Assembly: GCA_038087875.1 (NCBI GenBank)
Contig: CM075998.1
Location: forward strand, 2,978,001-3,042,000
DNA: 64,000 bases
Direction of reading: 5' to 3'
Source of the DNA: Malacoraja senta
Taxonomy: Eukaryota
Shown here in pieces: positions 37,663-50,875 of this stretch. The position numbers were made by a program, and so were the translations under genes. A model generated the notes under the pieces. It did not search any database, was not told the origin of the DNA, and saw only the letters and a list, made by a program, of their open reading frames with translations. Position 1 is the first letter of the stretch. Each line of letters starts with the position of its first letter.

Positions 37663-39537
37663 GACCAAATCAGTCTATCTCACACGTCCTGTGTTTTCAT
37701 CTGTGGCCTTTGCTCCAACCATCTGCCCATCGACCCCCCCCCCCCCCCCCCCCCGAACCTATTACCTGCCACGCTTTGTCCTGCCTCTCTTCTCCCACCT
37801 TTCTCCACCCCCCACACAATCAGTCTGACGAGGGATCCCAACTAGAAACGTCGCCAATCCTGTTCTCCAGAGAAGCTGCCTAACCCACTGAGTTACTCCA
37901 GCACTTTGTCTTTTATTGAAAACCAGCACCTGCAGTTCCTTGTTTCGACCTCAATTCTATCTTGTTCTCCCTTGTCCAGTCCCTTCTGACCTACATCCGA
38001 GACACCTCACGCTCTTTTCAAACCTTCAATAATTCCTGGACCATCCAGTTCCTTTAAACCTCCATTCCCCATCAAGAAGGTTGCAGGGTCCTCCTGTTCG
38101 TCCTTGAACAGAGACCCAATCAATCTCTCTCTTTTAATATTCTCCTCTGCCTGGCTGAACTTGTACTCGCCGTCAACAACTCCTCTTTAACTCCACTCAC
38201 TTTAAAATGAGTCTAAAGAAGGGTTCTGACCCGCTGAGTTAGGTTTAGGTTTATTATTGTCATGTGTACCGAGGTACAGCGAAACGCTTTGTTTTGCATG
38301 CTATTCAATCAAATATACCAGCAATTTGTGTGTTTTTTTTACATTCGGACTTGTGGGTGTTCAGATTGCCATGGTATATTATGAATTGAGATGTAAAACC
38401 AGGATGTTGGAACTGCTCCTGTGGATGAAAATTTAAACAGAAAAACTGCAGATGCTGGGAATGTAAAATAAAAACAGAGAATGCTGGAAAAACTCAGGTC
38501 ATCTAATATAGTCAAATGCACTTTTACTAGAGGTTTGGAGAATTTCTAATCTGTTATGTTAAATAGAATTTATCAGTGCATAAGCTAATTTTGAGAAGTA
38601 CTGGGGACCAAACAAAAGACTTCTCAGCCATAATAGGGTCAAACATCATGTAATTAGTTGAACACTGTTATGAAACGAAAAAGCATTGAATCTGAAGAGG
38701 ATATCAGACATGTTTTTTTGTTGATTGTCGAAGTTTAGAGTTACACTTTCTTTGTGTTTCAACAAAACTTGCCCTTGCTAAATAGGAAAATCTAATTAAT
38801 GTTGCCATGGGAATTAGTCCTCCTATACATTGCAAAGTGATCACTTTCACATCTGAGTCTTGACAATAATTGTCAGGATTAAAATTCACCCTGTGTTGTG
38901 ACAGCCAGGCCAGATTCCCATCCTTGCCTCATACGTCCTACATTACAAAAGTAACTACACTTCAGAAAGTACCTCATTAGCTGCAAACTGCTTTGGGACA
39001 TCCTAAAAGAGAAGTGAAAGGCGTTAGATGTACACAAATCTTTCCCCCCTCCCCCTCAGGAATGCTGAATTCAGAGCAGAAACACTGCCCAGTTTTCACT
39101 AAATGTAATGCCTCTTTGGCTGCTATAAACTAAATCAGAACAGCCTGAGGTTTGAGTTTGTAAAGTTTTTAGTTTCTTGGGATTGAAACTATTGTTGCAT
39201 TTTTTTTCTCACATTATTCAAGTATACTTTTAGAATGCTGCAGAGTTATTTCTATTGATCCTTCTGATCTGTCACAATGTGCAAGGTAGTGGGAGGTTGC
39301 TCCCATTGGAAGCTACAGTATGATGTATGTTCAAATGCAATCAGCTGATAATTGACTCAGTTCATTTATTTTTAGTAATTTGTATGTGAAAATCCCAGCA
39401 TAACAATGATTCTGTATTATCACATATACCAAGGTACATTAAAACATTAAAACATCAGTAAAATTATCAGCATACGTAAATACAATCCCAGATTAAGTAC
39501 AGAATGTATAGAAACAGCTCAATGAGACCAAATGTAA

Positions 39538-40200
39538 AGGGCCTGTCCACTTGGCTGTCGTTCGCGTGGCATTTACGCGACCTGTGTGGGTAGCGTGTGG
39601 GTAGCGCGGGGACGGGCGCATGGAGTGGTGTGGAGGAGTGTGGAGTGGCGTGGAGGAGTGTGGACTTCGTCCTGAACTAAATCTTCGCGCACCAACGGCC
39701 TGTCGCGTAACTGACGGCCAAAGTGGGACAGGCCCAAGACCCTGGCGTGATGCAACATCTCACCTCCAACAGCAGCAGAAGCAGGCAATCGATCGCCGAG
39801 CTCGGCCTGGGGCTCACGGCCGTTGCGGATCCGGATCCGCCCCCACTCCTACTCCCAGAGTGGGGCCAAGACGATTGGAGAGAGACACAAAATGCAGGAG
39901 TAACTCAGCGGGACCGGCAGCATCTCTGGAGAGAAGGAATGGATGATGTTTCGGGTCAAGACCCTTCTTTCAGACTGAAGAAGGGTCTCGACCAGAAACA
40001 TCATCCATTCCTTCTCTCCAGAGATGCTGCCGGTCCCGCTGAGTTACTCCTGCATTTTGTGTCCATCTTCAAATGACGTCACGCGTCCGCTCCAGACGGC
40101 TGTGCGGACGCATGATGACGCACGCGACTCTCGCGGGACCGTCGCGCGTCAGTCACTACCGGCCTGTCGCGTAAGTGACGGCCCAAGTGGGACAGGCCCT
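39538..40200. mobile_element. PIF/Harbinger-like MITE with nested insertions
   Basis: TIR AGGGCCTGTCC(C)ACTTGG / CCAAGTGGGACAGGCCCT with TAA/TTA flanks. A second right end lies at 39697-39734. Confidence 0.8.
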
Positions 40201-41599
40201 TTAGTCTTTGCAACATTTTCGAAGTCTCAGCTGCAGCTGGCCATGAAGTCCCATTGCAGCCCTCGCCTCAGTCCAGATCGTCCCGCGAACCATCATCCCT
40301 CTCCTTACCCGGTCACCTTCTGCCTCTGTGCCCCAGGGTGCCTCCCACAGCCGACCTTGAGGGTGTGGAAGGTATGATCCCCGGTCCTTCTTACCGGCCC
40401 TTTATCCGTATCCGTCATCGTCGCGATTCCCTCCACCCTCCTCTCTGGTACCTGGTCTTCGGGGGCGAGCAGGGGTCGGGCTCGGAGGCTTCCCTCTCCA
40501 GGCAGGTTCCTGATGTCTGCGTCGTGCGAGCCAGGACTGCTGCCGGTGGCACTGCCATTTTGTGATTCTATAGCAGTTATTATCAGGACACAACATCTGC
40601 TGTCAAGTGACATGGTGGCAAGAGTACCTTATCCATTTCAGCATCAGAAAAACCTAAAGAATCACAACTTACTGTGATCTTCATAAACTGGAGCTTGTGT
40701 AGTTATCCTACTCACCGATTTCTCCATTTCAGACACATTTATTGTAGCTCCACGAATACCAACTTTGCTCACTTGCTGAAAAACAAGTTTAACATCCATC
40801 TGACTCTTCTGAGTTCTCTCTCATCTTCCCTATATCAATTTCCAAACCCTTGGTGCGATATGGCATTCGTAACTGCTCTTCAAAAGTACGTCCTTAATTG
40901 GAAATGCTTTGAGGCTGCAAAAATCATAATCAAATTGCAAATCTTTCTTTCTAAGTCTGTTCTGCTGTGGCATTTGTTCACATTACTACGTTTGAACTGA
41001 CCAAAAAAATGACACAAGCTGCTCAGTGGGTCAGGCAGCATCTCTGGAGAACGTGGATGGATGACTTTTTGATGTTCTTCAGACTGAAGAGTCCCACCCC
41101 GAAACGTCACCTATCCACTTTCTCCTGAGACATTGCATGACCCGCTGGGATATTCCAGCACTCTGTGTCGTTTTCTTTTTATAAATCAGCATCTGCAGTT
41201 CCTTGTTTATACTTGGAACTGACCGACTTTGATCTTCTGTGGCTAACTTTCCCATGCTTACCTCATTTAGTTCACATATTGATTCCATCACACTCATACC
41301 TTCGAGAACTCACGAGTGGCCAGTTTTCTTCATTCACTAATTGAACTGTAAAAAATGAGCATAAATTGGCATTGCTCAGTTTCCATTTGACATCATTTTT
41401 TGCACCAAAGTTAATGAATAATGGAAAATAAATTGCAGAACCTTTCTCCTTCTTGTCTGCAAAAATCCATTGGTTCTAAATTCTCTTTTGCTGAAATCTC
41501 TATTCATGCTCACAGCAATGTGTCGCAACTGCTCCTGACCACTCAGCACTAAAGCCACATTACTTACTAAGTAGAAAGACCTCAGAGAATCTGTGGATT

Positions 41600-42135
41600 A
41601 ACTGATCTGAAGTAATCGCCCATCACTTTCTCGACTGTTCATTTGCCAGGAAGGTCTGGAAAATGGTCCTTGCCATGGTTCCTCGACCATCTATAACAGA
41701 GCACTCTCGGATCTACGGCTGTACCCGGGGACACACGCAGAAACAAACATCAAGTGCTGTTGGGAGATCATTAACTCGGGGAAAAACGCACTTTGGTCTG
41801 CCCAAACCGTGTGGCTCTTCCAGTACAGTGACATGTCCATCAGGTAATGTTACCGACTGGCCCATTCCACACTGTTGGAGTACATGCTGAGGGAATCACT
41901 GAAGCTTGGTGCAGCTAACGCTAAGGCTTTGTGGGAGACGACCACAGTCTAGGGTCCTTCCGCTGTTGGATACTGTAGGGCTCTGTAACAGCCCCGTAAA
42001 TATTATCCAAAGTGGGCACATGAGTGACATTGGTGCTTTGATGGCACAGTGAATATAAAGTAACACATGTAATGATTGTATTGTACTTCCTGTATATATT
42101 TTTATGAATAAAGTTTGTTGTTGGAATAAGAAAAT
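41600..42135 (+). mobile_element. L1/Tx1 LINE 3' fragment
   Basis: H.FLDCSFARKVWK zinc-knuckle remnant and CCWEIINS; ends TTTATGAATAAAG followed by an A-rich tail. Confidence 0.75.
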
Positions 42136-43141
42136 TAACTGATCTGTATTCCATCATCCGGTTAAAATAAGCTTTTTGTTCAATACTAAAGCTCACCCCA
42201 TCTACCACTGCCCAACTGGATCCTTCCAACCATTGCTTCATACTTAGTAGTCTTTGAGGAGATTCTGAAACAAACCACATTCTATCATCACTCTCTTCCT
42301 GTCCGATGGTATAAGTCAGACAGTTGAGGTGGTCTTTGAGAATTCATGGCTGCCTCTCCTTGGCTCCCGTGCTGCTCGCACTGGCACTGACTCCGAGCAA
42401 AATGCAGTGCTGGAGGAACTCAGCGGGTCAGGCAGTGTCTGTGAAAGGAGTGGACAGGAGAAAATTTCAGGTCGGGATTCTTCTTCAGACTGATTCAGTC
42501 TCAAGAAGGGTCCTGACCCGAAACCGCCACCTGGACATTCCCTCCACAGATGCTGTCTGACCCGTTGAGTTCCTCCAGCACTATTGTCTTATGCTCAAGA
42601 TTCCAGGTTCATGCAGTTCCTTGTGTGTTCACTTCTGTCTCTGAGCTGACTGGTGTTCCATCTCATGCACAAAGCTTCGTACTTCTCTCTTCAACGTGTA
42701 TATTTTTGGCAATACATGGTTCTACAATGACGATTTTCTCTGCGGAAGAGGTGGAGCTGGTGAACTGAGGAATGTGCAACCCCACTGATGTTTCGGAGAG
42801 AGCATCCATTGAGTTATCAACAGCTTGGATTAGCGGTGGGTTCTCACAAGGGTCAGGAATAGAGGATATGATTACCTCTTAACACTATAAAATCTGTCTA
42901 CATCAGCAGAGAAAATGAAGCCTCCATCTGACTTTTAATCTGTGCTCTTTTGCAGTCAAAAAAGTGCTGTATGCATATAACAGCATCAATGCTGCACATC
43001 AATCTAGGTTAGATGTAGCAACATGCCATAACAGCATGCATTGTTGCACTGCTTTTAACATTAAATAAGATCATGATTACACTAACTGTTAGGAACAGTG
43101 TCAATAGACAATAGGTGCAGGAGTAGGCCAATCGGCCCTTT

Positions 43142-43341
43142 NNNNNNNNNNNNNNNNNNNNNNNNNNNNNNNNNNNNNNNNNNNNNNNNNNNNNNNNNNN
43201 NNNNNNNNNNNNNNNNNNNNNNNNNNNNNNNNNNNNNNNNNNNNNNNNNNNNNNNNNNNNNNNNNNNNNNNNNNNNNNNNNNNNNNNNNNNNNNNNNNNN
43301 NNNNNNNNNNNNNNNNNNNNNNNNNNNNNNNNNNNNNNNNN
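43142..43341. other. assembly gap (200 N)
   Basis: Run of N, flanked by repeats. Confidence 1.
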
Positions 43342-44083
43342 CTCCAGCTGTTTTGTCTACCCTTCGATTTTTCCAGCATCTGCAGTTCTGAGTTAGATAG
43401 AGCTCTCGGGGCTGGTGGAATCAAGGGATATGGGGTGAAGGCAGGCACGGGTTATTGAAAGGGGACGATCAGCCATGATCACAGTGAATGGCGGTGTTGG
43501 CTCGAAGGGCCGAATGGCCTCCTCCTGCACCTATTTTCTATGTTTCTTTCTTAAACACGACACCCGCCAAATGCCCTATTCTCGCTCCTCGCTTTGTACA
43601 TTGTGTGGAGTCGATACAGTTAATGGCGAGAAAGAATTTAAAATATGTTGTACTTGGGGAGCTTTCATTTTATTAAAATAAAAAGAGGATTGGCATTATT
43701 GACCTTTTAATTCAGTTCAAATCCAGCCCAGACACGAGGATTTACAATATTTGGTGCTTGCGAGAGCTTCAAGTGCAAAGAACTTGAGCCCGTCGCCAGC
43801 TAAACTCCCTGCCGGTGGATCAAGTGGCTCGCTGGCCGACACCGAATTAGCCAGCTTGCTCCAGAGGCCGCAAGCATGGCAGCTGGAACAGAGAAGAAAA
43901 TGCCCGTGTTTAGAGCAATGTGCTCAGTTTTGGGCCAACTCTGCCGCTGTGCCACCGTGCCACTCCTGTGCTTGGACCCTTGCTGTTTGTCCTATATGTG
44001 AATGATTGGATATTGGATATGGATGGGGTTAGAAATTGGGCGGTCAGATTTGGGCACCATTGTTATTGGGAAGATGTTGTAGA

Positions 44084-44640
44084 GTCATAGAATGACACAG
44101 CGTGGAAACAGGCCCTTCGGCCCAACATGTCCCAGCTACACTAGTCCCACCTGCCCGCATTTGGCCCATATTCCTCCAAACCGAAACGTTGCCTATTTCC
44201 TTCGCTCCAAAGATGCTGCTGCACCCGCTGAGTTTCTCCAGCATTTTTTTGTGTACCTGTCCTTTGACCAGCCTGAAGAAGGGTCTCGACCCGAAACGAC
44301 ACCCATTCCTTTTCGCCAGAGACGCTGCCTGTCCCACCGAGTTATTCCAGCTTTTTGTGTCTATCTTCGGTTTAAACCAGCATCTGCAGTTCCTTCCTAC
44401 ACTATCCATGTACCTGTCTAACTGTTTCTTAAATGTTGGGATAGTCCCAGCCTCAACTACCTCCTCTGGCAGCTCGTTCCATACACCCACCACCCTTTGT
44501 GGGAAAAAGTTACCCCTCAGATTCCTATTAAATCTTTTCCCCTTTACCTTAAACCTATGTCTTCTAGTCCTCGATTCCCCTACTCTGGGCAAGAGACTCT
44601 GTGCATCTCCCCGATCTATTCCTCTCATGATTTTATACAC
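44084..44640 (-). mobile_element. CR1 LINE 3' fragment interrupted by Penelope repeats
   Basis: YKIMRGIDR...FFPQRVVGVWNELPEEVVEAGT peptide. Confidence 0.9.
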
Positions 44641-44863
44641 CTGTCAAGATGGAAATGGTTGAAGGGAAGATTTACGAGGATGTTGCCAGGACTTGGGGAT
44701 CTGAGCTACAGGTAGAGGTTGAGCAGGCTGGGTCTCTAATCCTTGGAGCGCAGGAGGATGAGGGGTGATTTTATAGAGGTGTACAAGATGATGATAAAGA
44801 TGACCCACATACCGGGCAGAGAGAGGTACACGAGTTCTCCGACACATCTCACCGTCAGCCTTA

Positions 44864-45194
44864 AAGCCCCGTCCCACTGTACGAGTTCATTCCAAGAGCT
44901 CTCCCGAGTTTAAAAAAAAATCTAACTCGTGGTAAGCACGGAGAATGAACGTAGCGGGTACGTCGGAGCTCGGGGACGTCTCTTAGCGGCTCGTAACACT
45001 AACGGCAGGTACTCGGGAAGACTCGCTAATGGCAGGTAAGCACGGGAAGACTCGTGAAGATTTTTCAACATGTTGAAAAATGTCCACGAGAGCTCCGAGT
45101 ACCGACGAGTGGCCATTACCGTAAATCTCCGAGTTCGAATCAGGGCAAACTCGGGAGAACTCTTGGAATGAACTCGTACTGTGGGACAGGGCTT
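44864..45194. mobile_element. PIF/Harbinger-like MITE
   Basis: About 47-bp TIR AAGCCCCGTCCCACTGTACGAGTTCATTCCAAGAG..., TTA/TCA flanks. Confidence 0.85.
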
Positions 45195-45390
45195 TCACTA
45201 CCTTCCTGGGCTGGATTTGGGAGAGGACCGTTCTACATTTTAAACCATCAGCCATCTTGCCGGCCCATGTGAGTCACCTCTGCTTACCTCAGGCCCGCCC
45301 TCAGTTTGACTCTGACGACTGCCTGTGTGGTGAGACGGTGAGCAGCTAATGGCTTCCTCTGTGTCCTTTCCCAGTTAACACAGTGAATCA

Positions 45391-45605
45391 GTGAAACCTA
45401 CGCTGGGCTCCCTCAATAGCAAGAATGTCCTTCCTCAAATTAGGGGACCCAAACTGCACACAATACTCCAGGTGTGGTCTCACTAGGGCCCTGTACAACT
45501 GCAGAAGGACCTCTTTGCTCCTATACTCGACTCCTCTTGTTATAAAGACCAACATGCCATTCACTTTCTTCACTGCCTGCTGTCCCTGCATGCTTACTTT
45601 CATAG
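45391..45605 (-). mobile_element. CR1 LINE ORF2 fragment
   Basis: LQLYRALVRPHLEYCVQF peptide. Confidence 0.9.
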
Positions 45606-46887
45606 TACAAGGACCCCCAGATCCCGTTGTCCTTCCCCTTTTCCCAACTTGCGATCAACTTGCCCCAAGGGTTGATAGCGTCTATGCTGTCACGGACGAT
45701 TAAACGTCACTTTTCGTTGGCATGGAGTGGCGTTTGGTCGCCCCAGTTTGAGTCCATTGTTGTTGCTTGGAGCAAGAGGGAAGATCAAAAGGGCCATGTC
45801 CTTTATGAGGGCCGAGACATATTGTGCTGCACTGGCACAAGACCAGTTCAAAGAATATAGTGCAACCCTTGTGCATGGATCTTATCAAGAGCGGGATCTT
45901 AGGACAACTTACACCCAGAGAGCTGGCAGCGACCTTCGCTTGTATCCTGGACACAAAAGGAAAAACAAATTTAATTCACGTGTACCTATCAAATGTCAAT
46001 ATCCTCCTCCTAATCAATTCACGTTCCTCAAATTTACAACTTGCATCGGGATAAGGACCTTGACACAGTGGAAGGTCACAGGGGGAGTTCAGGCAAATAA
46101 AATAACCAAATTAAAATGGCCAAATCAAACTTGTAGGAAAGGAACTGCAGATGATGGTTTACACCAAGGACAGACACAAAATGCTGGAGTAACTCAGCGG
46201 GACAGGCAGCATCTCGGGAGAGAAGGGAATGGGGTGACTTTTCGGGTCGAGACGCTTCTGCAGACTGACTGTCCCGCTGAGTTACTCCAGCTGTTTGTGT
46301 GTGTCTTCACCAAATAAAACTTCTCAGAAATTCATTCATTCATCATGGTTGAAAACATTAGCGACGCAGTGGTGCCGGTTTCCGACGGGAACGGTGACGG
46401 ACGCACCACACATCTACGTCCTCCAGTTCCTGCGGACTTCCGCCGCTGGAAGTACAGGATTTTGGTGTGTGTGTGTGTGTGTGTGCTTGATCATCATTCC
46501 TTACAATGCCGTGTACGACAGTGATCGCAACTTCTACTGAAGTGTGGATGGCCGTCGGCTCGCTAGCTCATCCGCCCTTTGACAGGGCTTGTTTTTGGTC
46601 CTGCTGGGGGTCCACAGCCCCCCTCCTCACCTGGCAAACCAGATGGGGGAGGCGGGTTTAGTCGCCGACTATCCGACCACGGAGCAGGTAGCACGGGATG
46701 ACATGGGTGGAACTCCCCCCGACCCGATTCTCAGAAAGGATATATTAAATAAAATCTCGACAGGTCAGACAGCTTGGGAAAAAGACAGTGCTCATTGTTT
46801 CTCTCTCCACAGATACTGCTCGACCTGTTAAGTGTTTCCTCCTTTCATGTTTCTATTTCAGGCATCCAACATCTCAAATTTTTTTGC

Positions 46888-47444
46888 TTAAGAAGGAACT
46901 GCAGATGCTGAAAAATCGAAGGTAGATAAAAGTGCTGGAGAAACTCAGCGGGTGAGGCAGCATCTATGGAGCGAAGGAAATAGGCAACGTTTCGGGTCGA
47001 GACCCTTCTTCAGACTGATGTGATGGTGGGGGGCGCAGGAAGAAGGAAGGAAGAGGTGGAGCCAGTGGGCTGAGGGAGAGCTGAGAAGGGGAGGTGAAAG
47101 TAGGGACTACCTGAAATTAGAGAAGTCAATGTTCATACCGCTGGGGTACAAACTGCCCAAGCGGAATATGAGGTGCTGCTCCTCCAATTTACGGTGGACC
47201 TCACTCTGGCCATGGAGGAGGCCCAGGACAGAAAGGTCGGATTCGGAATGGGAGGGGGAGTTGAAGTGCTGAGCCACCGGGAGATCAGGTTGGTTAGTGC
47301 GGACCAAGCGGAGGTGTTCGGCGAAGCGATCGCCAAGCCTACGCTTGGTCTCACCAATGTAGATCAGCTGACATCTAGAGCAGCGGATGCAATAGATGAG
47401 GTTGGAGGAGGTGCAGGTGAACCTCTGCCGCACCTGGAAAGACT
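46888..47444 (-). mobile_element. Penelope-like element 3' part (GIY-YIG endonuclease plus 3' repeat with hammerhead motif)
   Basis: ORF 47107-47433 NLIYCIRCSRC..YIGETKRRLGDRFAEH. Downstream CTGAAGAAGGGTCTCGACCCGAAACGTT at 46986-47013 (minus). Confidence 0.93.
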
Positions 47445-47499
47445 AACATTTTTTTTTCATTTTCATTTACTGGGAATATATTGATGCACACGGTGGAGG

Positions 47500-47840
47500 C
47501 TTAGATAGAGTGGATGTGGAGAGGATGTGTACACGTGTGGGAGAATCTAGGACCAGAGGGCACAGCCTCTGAATAAAAGGACGTCCCTTTAGAATGGAGA
47601 TGAGGAGGAATTTCTTTAGCCCGAGGGTGGCGAATCTGTGGAATTCATTTCACTGTGGAGGCCAAGTCAATGGGTATTTTTAATGCGTGGATTGGCAGGT
47701 TTGTGATTAGTGCGGGTGTCAGGGGTTGCGGGGAGAAGGCAGGAGAATTGGGTTGAGAGGGAAAGATAGATCAGCCACGATCGAATAGTGGCGTGGACTA
47801 GATGAAGCCCAATGGCCTAATTCTTCTCCAATGTCTTATG
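47500..47840 (+). mobile_element. CR1 LINE 3' fragment
   Basis: GESRTRGHSL...EMRRNFFSPRVANLWNS-like coding remnant and 3' UTR. Confidence 0.85.
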
Positions 47841-48597
47841 GTCAAAAGGTTGCTTGGTCAAGGACCATGGTAAAGAAAGGGCCAGAGGTTGAATGAGGGA
47901 GATCCAGAGACACTTGCAGCCGGAAGCAATGGTGAAGCAATTACATTCGGCGGTGGGCAAGAGGCCAGAATTGGACCCGATATCTCAAAGGGTTTGAGGA
48001 GATGACAGGGTCAAGTAAGGACAAGATCAGAGAGGCTTGAAAACAAGCACGAGAATCCTAGCGTGCGCACATTCATCAGTGAAATAATTCAATCGTTGCA
48101 ATCTTTGTCCGCAAAGAGCTTTTGCCTGCTGCAATGAAGCTTCGGGCAACTGGAAGACAGCCACCCACAGCCCTCAGTACAGCACACACAAGGTCAGTGT
48201 GAACCAAGTTGATGCACCTTCATTGATGGCGAATGCAGCTCTCCAGATCATACACCTCATTCGAACATGACTGGCCTGGGGCCAAGAGCGACGCTCTAAC
48301 AAAGCACGTTTCTCCATGTTGGTCACTGGGGCAGAATGAGCAAGACGTCAGCAGCCTGAAGAATGGGGTTTAGGTGTTGAATCCAGAGTTGCGAGCACTA
48401 TTTGACTTGGCAAAGTGCGGCTAAAGCAAATGAGGACTTGCAGCTCACAACCTGGGTCAGGTTCCAAACTGCGTCACAGCCAGTGATCGAACTTTGAGGT
48501 GCGTTCGCTGCTGTGACGTATAGAAACTTCTGGCAGAGAATGGCCAAGTGTTGTCACGCCATTCGGCCCTTTGAGTCTGCACCAGCTCCGTGCAAGA

Positions 48598-49017
48598 GCA
48601 TGGTGGCGCAGCGGTAGAGTTGCTGCCTCACAGCGCCAGGTTCCATCTTGACTACGGGCAATGTCTGTGCGGAGCTTGCATGTTCTCCCCGTGACCTGCG
48701 TGGGTTTTCTCTGGGAGCTCCAGTTTCCGCCCACACTCCAAAGACGTACAGGTTTGCAGAGTCCCGACCCAAAACGTCACCCATTCCTTCTCTCCAGAGA
48801 TGCTGCCTGCCCCGCTGAGTTACTCCACCATTTTGTGTCTATCTTAGGTGTAAACCAGCATCTGCAGTTCCTTCCTACAGGCTTGCAGGTTAATTGGCTT
48901 GGTGTAAATTGTAAATTGTCCCTAGTATGTGTAGGGTAGTGTTAGTGTGCAGGGATCGCTGGTGGGCGCGGACTCGGTGAGCCTGTTTCCGCGCTGTATT
49001 TCTAAACTAAACTAAAC
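48598..49017 (+). mobile_element. V-SINE (HE1-like) with nested Penelope repeat
   Basis: tRNA head, V-domain, CR1-like 3' end and (CTAAA)n tail. Confidence 0.87.
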
Positions 49018-49269
49018 AAATCAGGCTAGACCCATTCCCCCTGCTTCTCCCTGTCACCATACAAAGTTTTGACTTTCAGATACTTCTCCAACTCCCTTTC
49101 TAACGTCAACATTGAATCTGCCTCCACGGCAGTAAAGCAAGACAGTCGGTCTGAAGAAGGGTCTCGACCCGAAACGTCACCCATTCCTTCTCTTCCAGAG
49201 CTGCTGCCTGCCCCGCTGAGTTACTCCAGCATTTTGTGTCTACCTTCCAGTAAAGCTTATAAAGCTTTT

Positions 49270-49537
49270 TAAGAATAAGGAGTAAGCCATTTAGAACGGA
49301 GACGAGGAAACACTTTTTCTCACAGAGAGTGGTGAGTCTGTGGAATTCTCTGCCTCAGAGGGCAGTGGAGGCAGTTTCAAGAGAGAGCTAGATAGGGCTC
49401 TTAAAAATAGCGGAGTCAGGTGATATGGGGAGAAGGCAGGAACGGGGTACTGATTGGGGATGATCAGCCATGATCACATTGAATGGCGGTGCTGGCTCGA
49501 AGGGCCAAATGGCCTACTCCTGCACCTATTGTCTATT
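49270..49537 (+). mobile_element. CR1 LINE 3' fragment
   Basis: Same family as 50453, ends TATTGTCTATT. Confidence 0.9.
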
Positions 49538-49667
49538 GAGATTGCAACCTCCACGTGGTCCACCCTGTTGCGACGAATGCAATCAACCTGGCGTGCACAA
49601 ACAGAAGATCAAACAGAACAAGTTGTCCTACAACTTTAGGCTGTGCACGCCACACGCAAGAAGAAGA
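49538..49667 (+). mobile_element. HDV-ribozyme retroposon copy 2, 5'-truncated
   Basis: Starts at GAGATTGCA right after a CR1 3' tail and lacks the 5' strand of P1. Ends AAGAAGAAGA. Confidence 0.85.
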
Positions 49668-50452
49668 GTTCGTTCATTTGTAGATGATTGACCACAAGAG
49701 GCTAAATTTGAATTCCTTTTGCGACTTCACAGCGGGGACGGAGACCGTATAGAGCCGGCGTCACCTCATTTCACCGGCCGGTTTGCGTGCAGCATCTGAT
49801 TCACGAGCAGCGCTGAAAGAAGCACGAACTGGCATGAGATCGGCCAGTCTGCCTCCCCCACACGTCTGCAGAGGGAACACAAAACCCTCCTTTCAACTCG
49901 CAGTCTGACCTTCCCTCGCACACAAGCATTCTGCCCAAAACATCCACCTACATCAACACACGCACAGGCCAATCGGAAGAGGCTCATTAGGCAAAAATAA
50001 AACGTTGTTATGACCCAATCCGAATAATTGAAACAGTCTTGACATTGAGATGTGCTCTCTGTTTCCCTTCTTTGCTCAAAATTACCGAGAGACAAAGCAA
50101 CTTCCAACTAAAATTAGCCAGCGGGACCTCCAGCTCTCAAGATGTGTGTTGTTTCCAGACAATTCAGACAGATTTCCTTCACAGCTGTCACGATACAAAC
50201 TCCTTCCATCGCCTCCAATCAAAGAAGTAATAATCAGTGTGATTACAGAGTGTGCACAGGAAGGAACTGCAGATGCTGGCTTAAACCTGAAGATAAGACA
50301 CAAAGTGCTGGAGTAAGGTACACAAAAATGCTGGAGAAACTCAGCGGGTGCAGCAGCATCTATGGAGCGAAGGAGATAGGCAACGTTTCAGGCCGAAACC
50401 CTTCTTCAGACTGGAGTAACTCAGCGGGACAGGCAGCATCTCTGCGGGACAG

Positions 50453-50875
50453 GCAGCTGGGCTTGTACACTCTGGAGTTTAGAAGGAAGAGAGGGGATCT
50501 CATTGAAACATATAAGATTGTTAAGGGATTTGGACATGCTAGAGGCAGGAAACATGTTCCCGATGTTGGGGGAGTCCAGAACCAGGGGCCCACACAGTTT
50601 AAGAATAAGGGGTCGGCCATTTAGAACGGAGACGAGGAAACACTTTTTCTCACAGAGAGTGGTGAGTCTGTGGAATTCTCTGCCTCAGAGGCCGGTGGAG
50701 GCAGGTTCTCTGGGTGCTTTCAAGAGAGAGCTAGATAGGGCTCTTAAAGATAGCGGAGTCAGGGGATATGGGGAGAAGGCAGGAACGGGGTACTGATTGG
50801 GGATGATCAGCCATGATCACATTGAATGGCGGTGCTGGCTCGAAGGGCCGAATGGCCTACTCCTGCACCTATTGT
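50453..50875 (+). mobile_element. CR1 LINE 3' fragment
   Basis: TRGPHSLRIRGRPFRTETRKHFFSQRVVSLWNSLP peptide and 3' UTR. Confidence 0.92.

Noticed and set aside
43098..43448. ORFs spanning the N run
   Set aside because: Artefacts of the assembly gap.
45727..46317. 196-aa ORF
   Set aside because: No recognisable domain, and its 3' part runs through a Penelope repeat.
46624..46640. U1 snRNA-like CTCACCTGGCA
   Set aside because: The match is only about 10 nt and the rest of U1 is absent.
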